64,000 nucleotides of DNA from an uncultured bacterium (GCA_963732385.1 CAVSZB010000005.1:160001-224000), one strand, 5' to 3'. Shown: positions 46,689 to 57,063, counted from the first letter of the stretch. The notes: a model not told the origin generated them from the sequence alone. Translations and numbers: made by a program.

Positions 46689-49600
46689 TGCGCTGGCTGA
46701 TCGAGACCGCGGTCCGGCGCCGGGTGAGCGTGGCGATGACCGCGCTCGCCATCGTCGCCTTCGGGCTCGTGGGGTACAAGCGACTGGCCCTCGAGCTGTT
46801 CCCGGACATCACCTATCCCTCGCTCACCGTCCAGACGGAGTTCCCCGACACGGCGCCGCCCGAGGTCGAGAACCTGATCACGCGGCCGGTCGAGGAGACG
46901 GTGGGCGTGCTGAGGGGACTGCAGTCGATCCACTCCGTGTCGCGTCCCGGCTTGTCCGAGGTGACCCTGGAGTTCGACTGGGGTTCGGACATGGACATGC
47001 TGTCGATGGAGGTGCGGGAAAAACTCGACCGCCTGATCCTGCCGGTCGAGGCCGAGAGCCCGGTCGTCCTGCGCTTCGATCCCTCGCTCGACCCGATCAT
47101 CCGGGTCGCCCTCTCCGGCCCCGGCGACCTGACCGCGCTGCGCCGCCTCGCCGAGCGGCAGATCAAGCAGGATCTCGAGACCGTGAAGGGGGTCGCCGCG
47201 GCGAAAGTGAAGGGTGGCCTGGAAGAGGAGATCCAGATCGACGTCGACCAGAACCGGCTGGCGGCGCTGGGCATCCCGCTCGACCGCGTGCGCCAGGTGG
47301 TCGGTGTTTCGAACGTGAATCTGCCCGGCGGCGCCCTGCGCGGTCGCGACAGCCAGTACCTGATCCGCACCGTCAACGAATTCGACTCGATCGAGGAAAT
47401 CGCCGGCCTGATCATCCAGGAGCGTGACGGAGCCACGGTCCGCCTCGGCGAGGTGGCCGCCGTGCGACGCGGCGCGCGCGAGCGCGAGGAGATCACCCGC
47501 GTCAACGGTCGCGAGGCCGTGGAGATCGCCATCTACAAGGAGGGCGACGCAAACACGGTCACTGCCGCGCGCCTCATCCAGGCGCGGCTGGACCAGTGGC
47601 GCGGCAAACTGCCGGAAGGCCACCAGCTGACCATCCTGTTCGACCAATCTCATTTCATCAAGCGCGCGCTGGACGAGGTGCGCAGTTCCGCCCTGCTGGG
47701 CGGACTGCTGGCGATCATGGTCCTCTACGCATTCCTGCGCGACGCGCGCAGCACGCTCATCATCGCCACCTCGATCCCGCTGTCGGTGATCGCCACGTTT
47801 GTGATGATGTACCGCCTGGACCTCTCCCTTAACGTGATGTCGCTGGGCGGCCTGACGCTCGGCATCGGCATGCTGGTAGACAATTCGATCGTCGTGCTGG
47901 AGTCGATCTTCCGCAAGCGGCAGGCCGGGCTCGGGCTGCGCGCCGCCGCCGTGTCCGGCGCGCACGAGGTGGGAGCCGCCGTGATCGCCTCCACGCTGAC
48001 GACCGTGGCGGTGTTCGTGCCGATCGTCTTCGTGGAGGGGGTGGCGGGCCAGCTGTTCAAGGACCAGGCGCTGACGGTGACCATCAGCCTGCTCGCCTCG
48101 CTGGTCGTCGCGCTGACTTTGATCCCGATGCTCGCGGCGGTCGGGCGCGGACGCGCCGGTGGGCCCGGGCTAGAGATCGCGGAACCGCCCGAGTCGGCCG
48201 CGCGCATGACCCTGGGACGCTTTTCGCGCTGGTACGACGGGGTGGTGCGCGCCGCCGTGGCGCGTCGCGGCCTCACGCTGGCCCTCGCGTTCGGACTGTT
48301 CGCCGCCGCGCTCTTCTCGTTGCGCTGGCTGGACACCGAACTGATCCCGCCCCTGAGCGAGGGCGAGTTCCTCTTCGAGGCGAGCCTGCCCGAGGGCTCG
48401 TCGCTCGCGGCGACCGACCGCACGGTGCGCTTCATGGAGGAGCGCGCCGACGCGGAGCCGGGCATCGAGCGCAGCTACGCCTCGGTCGGCAGCCGGCTGG
48501 TCGCGGGCGGCATGTCGCTCAATCCGAAGGCCGAGAACCTGGCCCAGCTCAACCTGGTGATGAAGGACCGCGGCGATGCCGAGGTCGAGGCGCTCGCGAT
48601 CGAATCGCTGCGCGCCCAGTTCACCCGGATCCCCGACCTCGACGTGCGGTTCGGCCGCCCGACCTACTTCAGCCTGCGCACCCCGATCGAGGTGGTGCTC
48701 TACGGCGACGATCTCGGCGGGCTGCGGGACTATTCGCTGGAACTGGCGCGCGCGCTCGAGCGCGTGCCGGGGCTCGTGGACATCCGCTCGTCGCTCGAGG
48801 CGGGCAATCCGGAGCTGCAGGTGATCTTCGACCGCGAGCGCCTGGCGGCGCTCGGCCTCGACCTCGGCACGCTCTCCGAGACCCTGAGGAACCGGGTGCA
48901 GGGGGTCGTGCCGACCCGTTTCAAGGAGGACGACCGCCAGATCGACATCCGCGTGCGCAACGCCGAGCCGGACCGCCGCACCCTCGAGGACGTGCGCAAC
49001 CTGGTCCTGCCCGGCCCGGACGGCCGGCCGATCCGCCTGCTTTCCGTGGCGACCGTGCAGCCGGACCGCGGGCCGGCCGAGATCCACCGCCTGCAACAGC
49101 AGCGCGCCGCGGTCATCACCGCCAACCTGCAGGACCGCGGCCTTGGCGCCGCCGTCCGCGACGTGGAGTCGGTGCTGGCCCGCACCCCCTTGCCGCGCGG
49201 CATCACCACGGAGATCGGCGGCCAGAACCGCGAAATGCAGGTCAGCTTCAACAGCCTGCGCTTCGCGCTGATCCTCGCCATCTTCATGGTCTACCTCGTG
49301 ATGGCCTCGACGTTCGAGTCGCTGGTCCATCCGTTCATCGTGCTGTTCACGATCCCGCTGGCGCTGATCGGCGTGGTCTTCGGCCTGCTCGTCACGCACA
49401 CGACGGTCACCGTGATCGTGCTCATTGGCGTGATCATGCTGACCGGCATCGTCGTGAATAACGCGATCGTCCTGATCGACTGCGTGAATCGCCTGAGGCG
49501 CGAGGGAATGGACAAGCTGGAAGCGGTGGTGCGGGCGGGACACATCCGGCTGCGCCCCATCCTGATGACCACGCTGACCACGGTGCTTGGCCTGCTGCCG

Positions 49601-49798
49601 ATGGCGATCGCCTGGGGAGAGGGGTCCGAACTGCGGGCGCCGCTGGCGATCACGGTGCTGTTCGGACTGGCGCTGGCCACGCTGCTGACGCTGGTGGTGA
49701 TCCCGGCGGCGTACATGCTGGTGCCGTCGCGGGTGGAGGCCGAGGAGCGCCCGGCGGAGCCGGCGCGGCCGTCTCCGGCCCGACCGGAAACGGCCTGA
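46688..49798 (+). CDS. RND efflux permease subunit 1 (AcrB family)
   Basis: ATG 46688 overlaps the adaptor stop (TGATG). LFPDITYP, SIPLSVI, GMLVDNSIVVLE, RLRPILMT. Confidence 0.94.
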   Translation: MRWLIETAVRRRVSVAMTALAIVAFGLVGYKRLALELFPDITYPSLTVQTEFPDTAPPEVENLITRPVEETVGVLRGLQSIHSVSRPGLSEVTLEFDWGSDMDMLSMEVREKLDRLILPVEAESPVVLRFDPSLDPIIRVALSGPGDLTALRRLAERQIKQDLETVKGVAAAKVKGGLEEEIQIDVDQNRLAALGIPLDRVRQVVGVSNVNLPGGALRGRDSQYLIRTVNEFDSIEEIAGLIIQERDGATVRLGEVAAVRRGAREREEITRVNGREAVEIAIYKEGDANTVTAARLIQARLDQWRGKLPEGHQLTILFDQSHFIKRALDEVRSSALLGGLLAIMVLYAFLRDARSTLIIATSIPLSVIATFVMMYRLDLSLNVMSLGGLTLGIGMLVDNSIVVLESIFRKRQAGLGLRAAAVSGAHEVGAAVIASTLTTVAVFVPIVFVEGVAGQLFKDQALTVTISLLASLVVALTLIPMLAAVGRGRAGGPGLEIAEPPESAARMTLGRFSRWYDGVVRAAVARRGLTLALAFGLFAAALFSLRWLDTELIPPLSEGEFLFEASLPEGSSLAATDRTVRFMEERADAEPGIERSYASVGSRLVAGGMSLNPKAENLAQLNLVMKDRGDAEVEALAIESLRAQFTRIPDLDVRFGRPTYFSLRTPIEVVLYGDDLGGLRDYSLELARALERVPGLVDIRSSLEAGNPELQVIFDRERLAALGLDLGTLSETLRNRVQGVVPTRFKEDDRQIDIRVRNAEPDRRTLEDVRNLVLPGPDGRPIRLLSVATVQPDRGPAEIHRLQQQRAAVITANLQDRGLGAAVRDVESVLARTPLPRGITTEIGGQNREMQVSFNSLRFALILAIFMVYLVMASTFESLVHPFIVLFTIPLALIGVVFGLLVTHTTVTVIVLIGVIMLTGIVVNNAIVLIDCVNRLRREGMDKLEAVVRAGHIRLRPILMTTLTTVLGLLPMAIAWGEGSELRAPLAITVLFGLALATLLTLVVIPAAYMLVPSRVEAEERPAEPARPSPARPETA

Positions 49799-49811
49799 GG
49801 GGGGCCGCGAC

Positions 49812-52800
49812 ATGATGACCCTGCCCGAGCTCGCCATCAGGCGCCACATCACGACGCTCATGATCCTGGTGAGCCTGGTCGTGCTCGGCACGGTAGCGCT
49901 CATCCGGCTGCCGCTGGCGTTCATGCCGGAGGTGCAGCAGCCGTTCCTCTTCGTCAACCTGCCGTGGGCGAACGCCTCCCCCGAGCAGACCGAGCGCATG
50001 GTCGTGCGCCCGGTCGAAGACGCGCTAGGCTCCGTAAAGGGACTGCGCAGGATGTGGTCGGGCTGCGACGATTCGGGCGGCAACGTGCGCCTGGAGTTCG
50101 ACTGGGCCACCAATATGCAGCTCGCGCGCGTGGAGGTGTGGGAGAAGCTCGACCGCATCCGGCGCGACCTGCCCGACGACATGGGCGACATCATGGTCGG
50201 CAGCGACGGCGACGCGCGCGAGTCGGAAATCCCCATCCTCGAGGGGCGCCTCAGCAGCAAGCGTGACCTGAGCGCGAGCTACGACCTGCTCGACCGCAAG
50301 ATCGTCCGGCCGCTGGAACGCATCGCCGGGGTGGCGCGGGTGCGTCTCGACGGGGTGCGCCCCCGCGAGGTGCGCATCAACCTGCGACCGGCCGACCTCG
50401 AGCACCACCGCGTCGACGTGCGGGAAGTGGCGCGCCTGCTCTACCGCAGCAACGTCGAGCAGTCGCTGGGCCGGATCGAAGACGGCGGCACGCGCTATTC
50501 GCTGCGCACGGTCGGCGCGTTCACCAAAGTGGACGAGGTGCGCGACCTGCCGCTGCGCTCGGACGGCCTGCGCCTGCGGGACGTGGCGGACGTCCTGTAC
50601 GAGGAGCCGCCGCTCGAGTACGGCCGTCACCTCGACGGCGACTTCGCCATCGGCGTCACCGTCACGCAGGAGGCCAAGGCCAACACGGTGGAGGTGGGCC
50701 GCGAACTCGAGGAGCGGATCGCGAGGATGAGCAACGATCCGGAGCTCGAAGGGGTGAACTTCCTGGTCTGGTTCAGCCAGGGACGCGAGATCCGCAAGAC
50801 GCTGAAGGATCTTACTTTCACCGGCATCTACGGCGCGATCCTCGCCGCGGCGGTGCTGTTCGCCTTCCTGCGGCGGACCTCGACCACGCTGGTCTGCGTG
50901 GCGTGCATCCCGTTCTCGCTGATCGTCACCTGCGGCTACGTCTGGTCCCAGGGGAAGACGCTGAACACGCTCACCCTGCTCGGCCTGATCGTGGGCGTGG
51001 GCATGCTGGTGGACAACGCGGTGGTGGTGGTCGAGAACATCTTCCGCCACCGGGAGGCGGGCGCCGACCGGCGCACGGCGGCCCTCACCGGCTCGCGCGA
51101 AGTGACCGTGGCCGTGACCGCGGCGACGCTCACCTCGGTGATCGTCTTTTTGCCGATGATCTTCAACAAGCCCAGCGAGATGAACATCTACCTCAAGGAG
51201 CTCGGCATCACGGTCTGCCTGACCCTCCTGGCCAGCCTGTTCATCAGCCAGACCCTGATTCCCCTCGCCACCTCCTGGTTCATCCGCTCCGAGCCGCGCC
51301 CGCGCGGGCGCCTCATGGTCTGGCTCGAGACACACTACGTGACCCTGCTCCGCTTCAACCTGCGCCATCGCTGGCTCACGCCGATCATCGGCCTCCTGGC
51401 CGTGGCCTCTGCGATCTACCCCTTCGGGAAGATCGACAAGAACTTCGACGCCAGCCAGACCGAGCTGTTCGTGCAGGCAAACTACGACTTCAGCGAGGAG
51501 CTGAGCCTCGAGCGCAAGGAGGCGGTCGTTTCGGCGGTCGAAAAGCAGCTGGAGCCGCACCGCGCCGAGCTCATGGCGCGCTCGATCTACAGCTTCTGGA
51601 GCGACCGCTGGGCGATGACGCGCATCTACCTGAAGGAGGGCGAGGCGAAGGAGGAGAACCTGTCCCAGGTGCGGCGCAAGCTGCGCGAGGTGCTGCCCGA
51701 GATCCCCGGTGTGAAGCTGGAGGTCCAGGAGACGGCGCAATTCTGGCGACCGGACCGCAGCAAGCGCGTGGCGTTCCAGCTGGTCGGACCGGACTCCGAG
51801 ACGCTGGCGGATCTGGCCGCGCAGGCCAAGGAACGGTTGAGTGAGATCCCGGGCCTCGTCGACGCCTTCGCCAGCGACCAGGAAGGGCAGCAGGAACTGC
51901 ATGTGGAGCTGGACCGCGACCTGTCGGCCCGCTACGGCCTGACGCCGGCCGACATGGCCGAGGCGGTCGGCCTCACCTACCGCGGCCGACGGCTGCCGCG
52001 GTTCCGCGCCGAGGACGGCGAGCGTGAGATGCGCCTGACCCTCGACGAGCGGCGCGACGCCACCATGGCGCAGCTGGCCAACCTGCCGATGTGGACGGAA
52101 GGCGGGAGCAAGGTGCCGCTCGCCTCCGTGGCCACGTTCCGCCAGCTGCCGGGCTCGCGTCACATCATGCGCGACAACCGCCTCACCAGCGTCTGGGTGG
52201 GGGCCCGCTACGAGGTGGGCACGCGCGACGACTGGACCCCGAAAGTCACCGCCGCCATGAACACGATCGCCATGCCGCTTGGCTATTCCTGGACCTTCGG
52301 CCAGTGGCAGCAGCGGCAGCAGGAGAAGTCGCAGGAGTTCCTGATCAACCTGCTGCTGGCGCTGCTGCTCGTGTTCGCGGTGATGGCGGGGCTGTTCGAG
52401 TCGGTGACGCAGGCGGTGTCGCTCATGGTGGCCCTCCCGTTCGCGCTTGCGGGAGCCGTCTGGACACTTTTCCTCACCGGAACCGATTTCGATTCGCCCG
52501 CCTCGGTCGGCCTGCTGCTGCTGATCGGCATCGTCGTCAACAACGGCATCGTGATGATCGAGCACATCAACACCTACCGCCGTAGCGGCATGCCGCGCGA
52601 AGAGGCGATGGTGCTGGGCGGCCGGGAGCGGCTGCGCCCCATCGTCATGACCGCCCTCACCACCCTGTTCGGCCTGGTGCCGATGGCGATCCAAAAACCT
52701 TCGCTGGGCGGGGTCTACTACTACTCGATGGCCCTCGTGATCATGGGCGGCCTGACGGTCTCCACCTTCCTGACCTCCGTCCTGCTGCCGACGACCGCAT

Positions 52801-52895
52801 CTCTGGCGGAGGACGCCGGCCCGGCGCTGCTGAGGGTCGCGCGCGCGGGCCGGGCGGCACTGGGCAGCCGACGCAGGCCCCACCCCTCCCCGTAG
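49812..52895 (+). CDS. RND efflux permease subunit 2 (AcrB family)
   Basis: GMLVDNAVVVVE, GIVVNNGIVM, RLRPIVMT. Confidence 0.94.
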   Translation: MMTLPELAIRRHITTLMILVSLVVLGTVALIRLPLAFMPEVQQPFLFVNLPWANASPEQTERMVVRPVEDALGSVKGLRRMWSGCDDSGGNVRLEFDWATNMQLARVEVWEKLDRIRRDLPDDMGDIMVGSDGDARESEIPILEGRLSSKRDLSASYDLLDRKIVRPLERIAGVARVRLDGVRPREVRINLRPADLEHHRVDVREVARLLYRSNVEQSLGRIEDGGTRYSLRTVGAFTKVDEVRDLPLRSDGLRLRDVADVLYEEPPLEYGRHLDGDFAIGVTVTQEAKANTVEVGRELEERIARMSNDPELEGVNFLVWFSQGREIRKTLKDLTFTGIYGAILAAAVLFAFLRRTSTTLVCVACIPFSLIVTCGYVWSQGKTLNTLTLLGLIVGVGMLVDNAVVVVENIFRHREAGADRRTAALTGSREVTVAVTAATLTSVIVFLPMIFNKPSEMNIYLKELGITVCLTLLASLFISQTLIPLATSWFIRSEPRPRGRLMVWLETHYVTLLRFNLRHRWLTPIIGLLAVASAIYPFGKIDKNFDASQTELFVQANYDFSEELSLERKEAVVSAVEKQLEPHRAELMARSIYSFWSDRWAMTRIYLKEGEAKEENLSQVRRKLREVLPEIPGVKLEVQETAQFWRPDRSKRVAFQLVGPDSETLADLAAQAKERLSEIPGLVDAFASDQEGQQELHVELDRDLSARYGLTPADMAEAVGLTYRGRRLPRFRAEDGEREMRLTLDERRDATMAQLANLPMWTEGGSKVPLASVATFRQLPGSRHIMRDNRLTSVWVGARYEVGTRDDWTPKVTAAMNTIAMPLGYSWTFGQWQQRQQEKSQEFLINLLLALLLVFAVMAGLFESVTQAVSLMVALPFALAGAVWTLFLTGTDFDSPASVGLLLLIGIVVNNGIVMIEHINTYRRSGMPREEAMVLGGRERLRPIVMTALTTLFGLVPMAIQKPSLGGVYYYSMALVIMGGLTVSTFLTSVLLPTTASLAEDAGPALLRVARAGRAALGSRRRPHPSP

Positions 52896-52958
52896 CGCAC
52901 GCCGCGCCGGTGGCCGGCCGACGTGGCTGCGGGCGGTGTCCGTGGCGGGCGCAACGAG

Positions 52959-52990
52959 AAGGGCCGCCCTCCCGAGGGAAGGCGGCCCCT
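52959..52990. terminator. Hairpin between convergent genes
   Basis: GGGCCGCC...GGCGGCCC, followed on the minus strand by TTCT. Confidence 0.6.
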
Positions 52991-53010
52991 GAATCTGGCT
53001 CAAGCAATGA

Positions 53011-53718
53011 TCAACGATACATCGACTTGATGCCGCCCCAGGAGTCGTTCTCTTTGGCCACGACACAGTTGATCGAAATGTCGATACAGCAGGCAGCGAA
53101 CAACTCGCCCGTCGTGGCGTCGCAGAGCAGCGGCGGGTAGTTTTCCGGCGCCAGCGTGGCGAAGCTGCTGTCCCACACCTTGATGGCGTTGGCGATGGCG
53201 AACTCGATCATGCAGTCCTGAAATTCCGGACAGTTCGTGAACTGCCCCGTCAGGGTGACGTTGCTGGTCTGACCCCTGAAAACGCCGTTGTACAGCGTCA
53301 CCGTGGTCGTGACATGGTACGACATGATGACGCCGGTCAGATCGCCGCTCCCGTCGGACCAGGCAAAGTCGCGCGACAGCCAGAATTCGCCGCCGTCGTA
53401 GTCGGTGACGTAGTCGATGTACATATAGGAACCGACGGTGCGCGAGCCGACCATGACCGCGCCGGACGCATCGATCGTCATCCCCCAGATCTTCCACTGC
53501 GTCCCGAGGGCCGCGCCGTCCCACGACAGGGCGTTCTCCATGTTGCCCGGCTGGCCCGGCCCCACGCCGGTGCACCAGGCCTCGGAGACCCGACCTCCCA
53601 GGAGCGTGCCATCCATGGTCGAGAACGGACCGATCAGGCTGGGACAGGTGGCCATAGCAGGCGCTACCAGCGAGAGCAGCAACACCATGGATAACAGAGC
53701 CATAACCTTGCGCATCAT
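53011..53718 (-). CDS. Secreted Cys-containing hypothetical protein with C-terminal SWGGIKSMYR motif
   Basis: GGAGG RBS, Sec signal peptide (..APAMA), 8 Cys, terminal W-G-x-I-K-x-x-Y-R. Confidence 0.85.
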   Translation of the reverse strand: MMRKVMALLSMVLLLSLVAPAMATCPSLIGPFSTMDGTLLGGRVSEAWCTGVGPGQPGNMENALSWDGAALGTQWKIWGMTIDASGAVMVGSRTVGSYMYIDYVTDYDGGEFWLSRDFAWSDGSGDLTGVIMSYHVTTTVTLYNGVFRGQTSNVTLTGQFTNCPEFQDCMIEFAIANAIKVWDSSFATLAPENYPPLLCDATTGELFAACCIDISINCVVAKENDSWGGIKSMYR

Positions 53719-53914
53719 CCACCTCCGGTTCGAGCATCCCTAAAAGATGTTCACGCCAAGCAACTTGCCCGTCGTACGACGACGGGAGCGAATGGGCGAT
53801 TCTGCTCTCCGGGCGAAAAAAAAGAGGACGGCAGAGAACCGGGGGGCGACGCGCAGCCTGCCAGCCGTCCAAGGTTGCCGGCGGGAGAGGGCGAACCTTC
53901 CGACGAGCCCGATG

Positions 53915-53942
53915 ACTATAGCAGTTGGCCGCGCATTGTCAA
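53915..53942 (-). promoter_or_regulatory. Near-consensus sigma70 promoter
   Basis: TTGACA-N16-TATAGT, with an extended -10 TG (TGC TATAGT). Confidence 0.75.
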
Positions 53943-54076
53943 TAGACGATTTTGGCTGTATTCATTCGGCAGCACTCTGCAAACAAACAACTTACCTGAT
54001 TTTTGTGGTCTGGGCGATCGCGGCAGGGACGGCGCCGGCCCCTCGATCCGGGCGTGGGGCTGTGCCCGACCTCCGG

Positions 54077-55825
54077 CTAGTCGCCGTTTTCCGGAACCAG
54101 CGTCAGCGGGGCCGGCGCGGGCGCGCCCGGCGCGAAGGCGGACGGGTATCGACGCTGCCAGCCGGTCGCCTCCTGCCATACCTTCGCCAACGCCAGCGCG
54201 GCCCCTTCGCGGTCGTGGCCGGCCACCAGCGTGATGCTGACCGGCGTGCCGTCCGCCCGGAATCCGGACGGCATGACCACTTCGGGGTGTCCGGACAGGT
54301 TCGTCAACGCGAGTGTGCCGGCGCCGAAGGTCGGCGAAATGATCACGTCGTAATCGGCCATGAACCGCGCCATGTCGCGCAGCAGCAGGGTGCGGATCCG
54401 GTTGGCCGCGATGTACTCGACGGCCGGGATCAGCCGCGCCTGGCGCAACACGTTCGGCCAGGCGTCGGTGCTCTGGCGCACCAGCTCGTCGTCCTGCGGC
54501 CCGCGCGAGAAGGCGTCGAAGGCGGCGCCCGCCTCGGCCGTCAGCAGGATCATCATGTCTTCGACCGGCCACGCGGGCCAGGCGACCGGGCGCAGGGTCA
54601 CGCCGAGGCCGCGCAGCGCGTCGAGGGCCGCCACGTCCAGGGCCTGCCACTCGCGCGCCTCCCCGGCCGTCCCCGTCTCGGCGAAGCCCCGCTCGAGCCA
54701 GCCGACGCGCAGGCTGCGCGGATCGAGACGGGCATCGAAATGGAACGGACCGTCGGACGCGTCGGGATCCTGCGGATCGGCGCCGCGGATCGCGTCGAAC
54801 ACGAGCGCACAGTCTTCGGCCGCGCGAGCCAGGGGGCCGATCTTGTCGAGCGACCAGGAGAGCGCCATGCAGCCGTGACGGCTGACCCGTCCGAACGTGG
54901 GGCGCAGGCCGGTGGCGCCGCAGCGCGTGGCGGGCGAGACGATCGAGCCGTAGGTCTCCGTGCCGATGGCGAAGCCGACCAGGCCGGCGGCCACCGCCGC
55001 CGCCGAACCGGCCGAGGAACCGCTGGAGCCGTGATCGGGCTGCCAGGGGTTGCGCGTCGTCCCGCCGTACCAGACATCTCCCCAGGCGAGCGCGCCGCAC
55101 GACAGCTTGGCCAGCAGCACGGCGCCGGCGTCGTCCAGCCGCCGCACCACGGTCGCGTCGAGGTCAAAGGTCTGGTCACGATACGGACGGGCGCCCCAGG
55201 TCGTGGGGTGGCCCCGCACCGACAGCAGATCCTTCACGCCCCAGGGGATCCCGTGCAGCGGACCGCGCCAGCGGCCGCGCTCGATTTCGGCGTCCGCGGC
55301 CCGGGCCTGCGCGCGCGCCCTCTCTTCGGTCAGGGTGATGACGCAGTGGAGGGACGGATCGAATCGCTTCAGGCGCGCAAGGTACATCTCCGTCAACGCG
55401 AGCGAAGTCACCCGACGCGCACGCAGGAGCGCGGCCAGCTCGGTCACGGGCCGAAAGGCGAGATCCTCCAGGTCGGACGGCACAGGGGGCGCCGCGACCC
55501 GGCTCCAGCGGCTCGGCGAACCGTCGCGCGGAGCGACTTCCCCCCCGCGCACCGTCTGGAAACCGAACGCGGGCGGCACCGCGTTGTCGAGCGGCACCGC
55601 GCGCAGTTTTTCGTAGCTGTCGAGCGCCTCGTCGAGACCCTGGAGCATGAGATCGCGTTCGGAGTCGCTGAAGGAGACCCCGGCGACCTTCTCCGCGGCG
55701 GCGAGCATCTCGCGGGTGATACGGCGCTCGCCCGCGGCCTGTGCCCAGAGCGCGGCGGGAAAGAGCGTCGCGCCGAGGCCGGCGGAGGCGAAGTAGGCCA
55801 GAAAGCGGCGACGATCCACGGCCAT
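54077..55825 (-). CDS. Amidase-signature family enzyme with Tat signal
   Basis: DRRRFL twin-arginine motif, GPLHGIPWGVKD, GSSGSSAGSAAAVAAG, GTETYGSIVSP. Confidence 0.92.
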   Translation of the reverse strand: MAVDRRRFLAYFASAGLGATLFPAALWAQAAGERRITREMLAAAEKVAGVSFSDSERDLMLQGLDEALDSYEKLRAVPLDNAVPPAFGFQTVRGGEVAPRDGSPSRWSRVAAPPVPSDLEDLAFRPVTELAALLRARRVTSLALTEMYLARLKRFDPSLHCVITLTEERARAQARAADAEIERGRWRGPLHGIPWGVKDLLSVRGHPTTWGARPYRDQTFDLDATVVRRLDDAGAVLLAKLSCGALAWGDVWYGGTTRNPWQPDHGSSGSSAGSAAAVAAGLVGFAIGTETYGSIVSPATRCGATGLRPTFGRVSRHGCMALSWSLDKIGPLARAAEDCALVFDAIRGADPQDPDASDGPFHFDARLDPRSLRVGWLERGFAETGTAGEAREWQALDVAALDALRGLGVTLRPVAWPAWPVEDMMILLTAEAGAAFDAFSRGPQDDELVRQSTDAWPNVLRQARLIPAVEYIAANRIRTLLLRDMARFMADYDVIISPTFGAGTLALTNLSGHPEVVMPSGFRADGTPVSITLVAGHDREGAALALAKVWQEATGWQRRYPSAFAPGAPAPAPLTLVPENGD

Positions 55826-55872
55826 GCCTTCCGGTCGGGGTGACGGAGCGGCGCCTGGCGCGGCCGCCCGGG

Positions 55873-57063
55873 TCAGCCGAACAGGCGTTGGAGAAACGAT
55901 CCCCGGTCGACCGCCTCGAGGGCGATGATCGGCACCTCACCCAGCACTTTGCCATCGAGCTTCGCCACGGCTTTGCCGACGACCTGTCCCGGTTTGAGCG
56001 GGGCAGCCACCCTGTCCGGCAGCTGGTTCTCGAGGACCACGTTTCCGGCGCGCTCCTTGAGCACGAGCACGAATAGCGGTTTGGCGTAGGCCACGACGAC
56101 GTCGCGCGCGGCCCCCCCCTTCACCCGAACATGCGCCTCGAGCGGCTTGTTGGCCGAGTCCACCAGCTTTACCTGGGTGTACAGCGCAAAACCCCGCGTG
56201 AGCAGGCGCGCGGTTTCGGCGGCGCGACTCTTGCCAGATTTCGCGCCCATCACGACCGAGATCAGGCGGGCTCCCCGCTGCTGCGCAGTGGCGGTGAGAC
56301 AGAATCCCGCCGGCACGGTGTAGCCGGTCTTCATGCCGTCGAGTCCGGGGAACTTGCCCACGAGCCCGTTAGGATTGTGCAGGGTGAATTCCCCGCCGCG
56401 GAAAGGCGCTTCCGCCTGCGAGGCCCAGTGGGTCGACTCGGGGTGCGCGAGCAGGGCCCTGCACAGCAGCGCCATGTCGAACGCCGAGCTCTCGTCCGAC
56501 AGCTGGCCGCGTCCCGGCGGCAGGCCGTGACAGGAGTGGAAGACCGTGTCCTCCATGCCGAGCTCCTGAGCCCGCGCGTTCATCAGCTCGGTGAACGCCT
56601 CGGAGGAGCCGGCCACGCGCTCCGCCAGGGCGACGGCAGCGTCGTTGGCCGAGTGGATCGTCACCGCCTGCAGCAGCTCCTCGACCGTGAAGGTCTCGCC
56701 GTCCTTCAGATAGACCTGCGACCCCCCGATCCTCGCGGCGTGCCCCGAAACGGTGACCGGGTCGGCCAGCGCGAGCTCGCCGGCATCAACCATTTCCAGC
56801 ACGACCAGCTCGGTCATCATCTTGGTCATGGAAGCGGGCGGACGCTTATCGTGGGAGTTCTTCGCCATGAGAACTTCGCCCGAGGCGGCATCGACCACGA
56901 TGGCGGCGGCGAAGTCGCCGTCGACCGGGATCGGCGTTGGGGCGGCGCCGACGCCGCCGGCACCGAGGACCGCGACCAGAGCGCAGAAAACGGCAAACCG
57001 CCGGTCAATACCGGCGGGCGACCGCGAGAGACGGTCCGAACGCAGCGTGGTCATGAGGCGCAT
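55873..57063 (-). CDS. D-alanyl-D-alanine carboxypeptidase (peptidase S11, DacA-like)
   Basis: PASMTK (SxxK), HSAND (SxN), GMKTGYT (KTG), PBP5 C-terminal domain. Confidence 0.93.
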   Translation of the reverse strand: MRLMTTLRSDRLSRSPAGIDRRFAVFCALVAVLGAGGVGAAPTPIPVDGDFAAAIVVDAASGEVLMAKNSHDKRPPASMTKMMTELVVLEMVDAGELALADPVTVSGHAARIGGSQVYLKDGETFTVEELLQAVTIHSANDAAVALAERVAGSSEAFTELMNARAQELGMEDTVFHSCHGLPPGRGQLSDESSAFDMALLCRALLAHPESTHWASQAEAPFRGGEFTLHNPNGLVGKFPGLDGMKTGYTVPAGFCLTATAQQRGARLISVVMGAKSGKSRAAETARLLTRGFALYTQVKLVDSANKPLEAHVRVKGGAARDVVVAYAKPLFVLVLKERAGNVVLENQLPDRVAAPLKPGQVVGKAVAKLDGKVLGEVPIIALEAVDRGSFLQRLFG

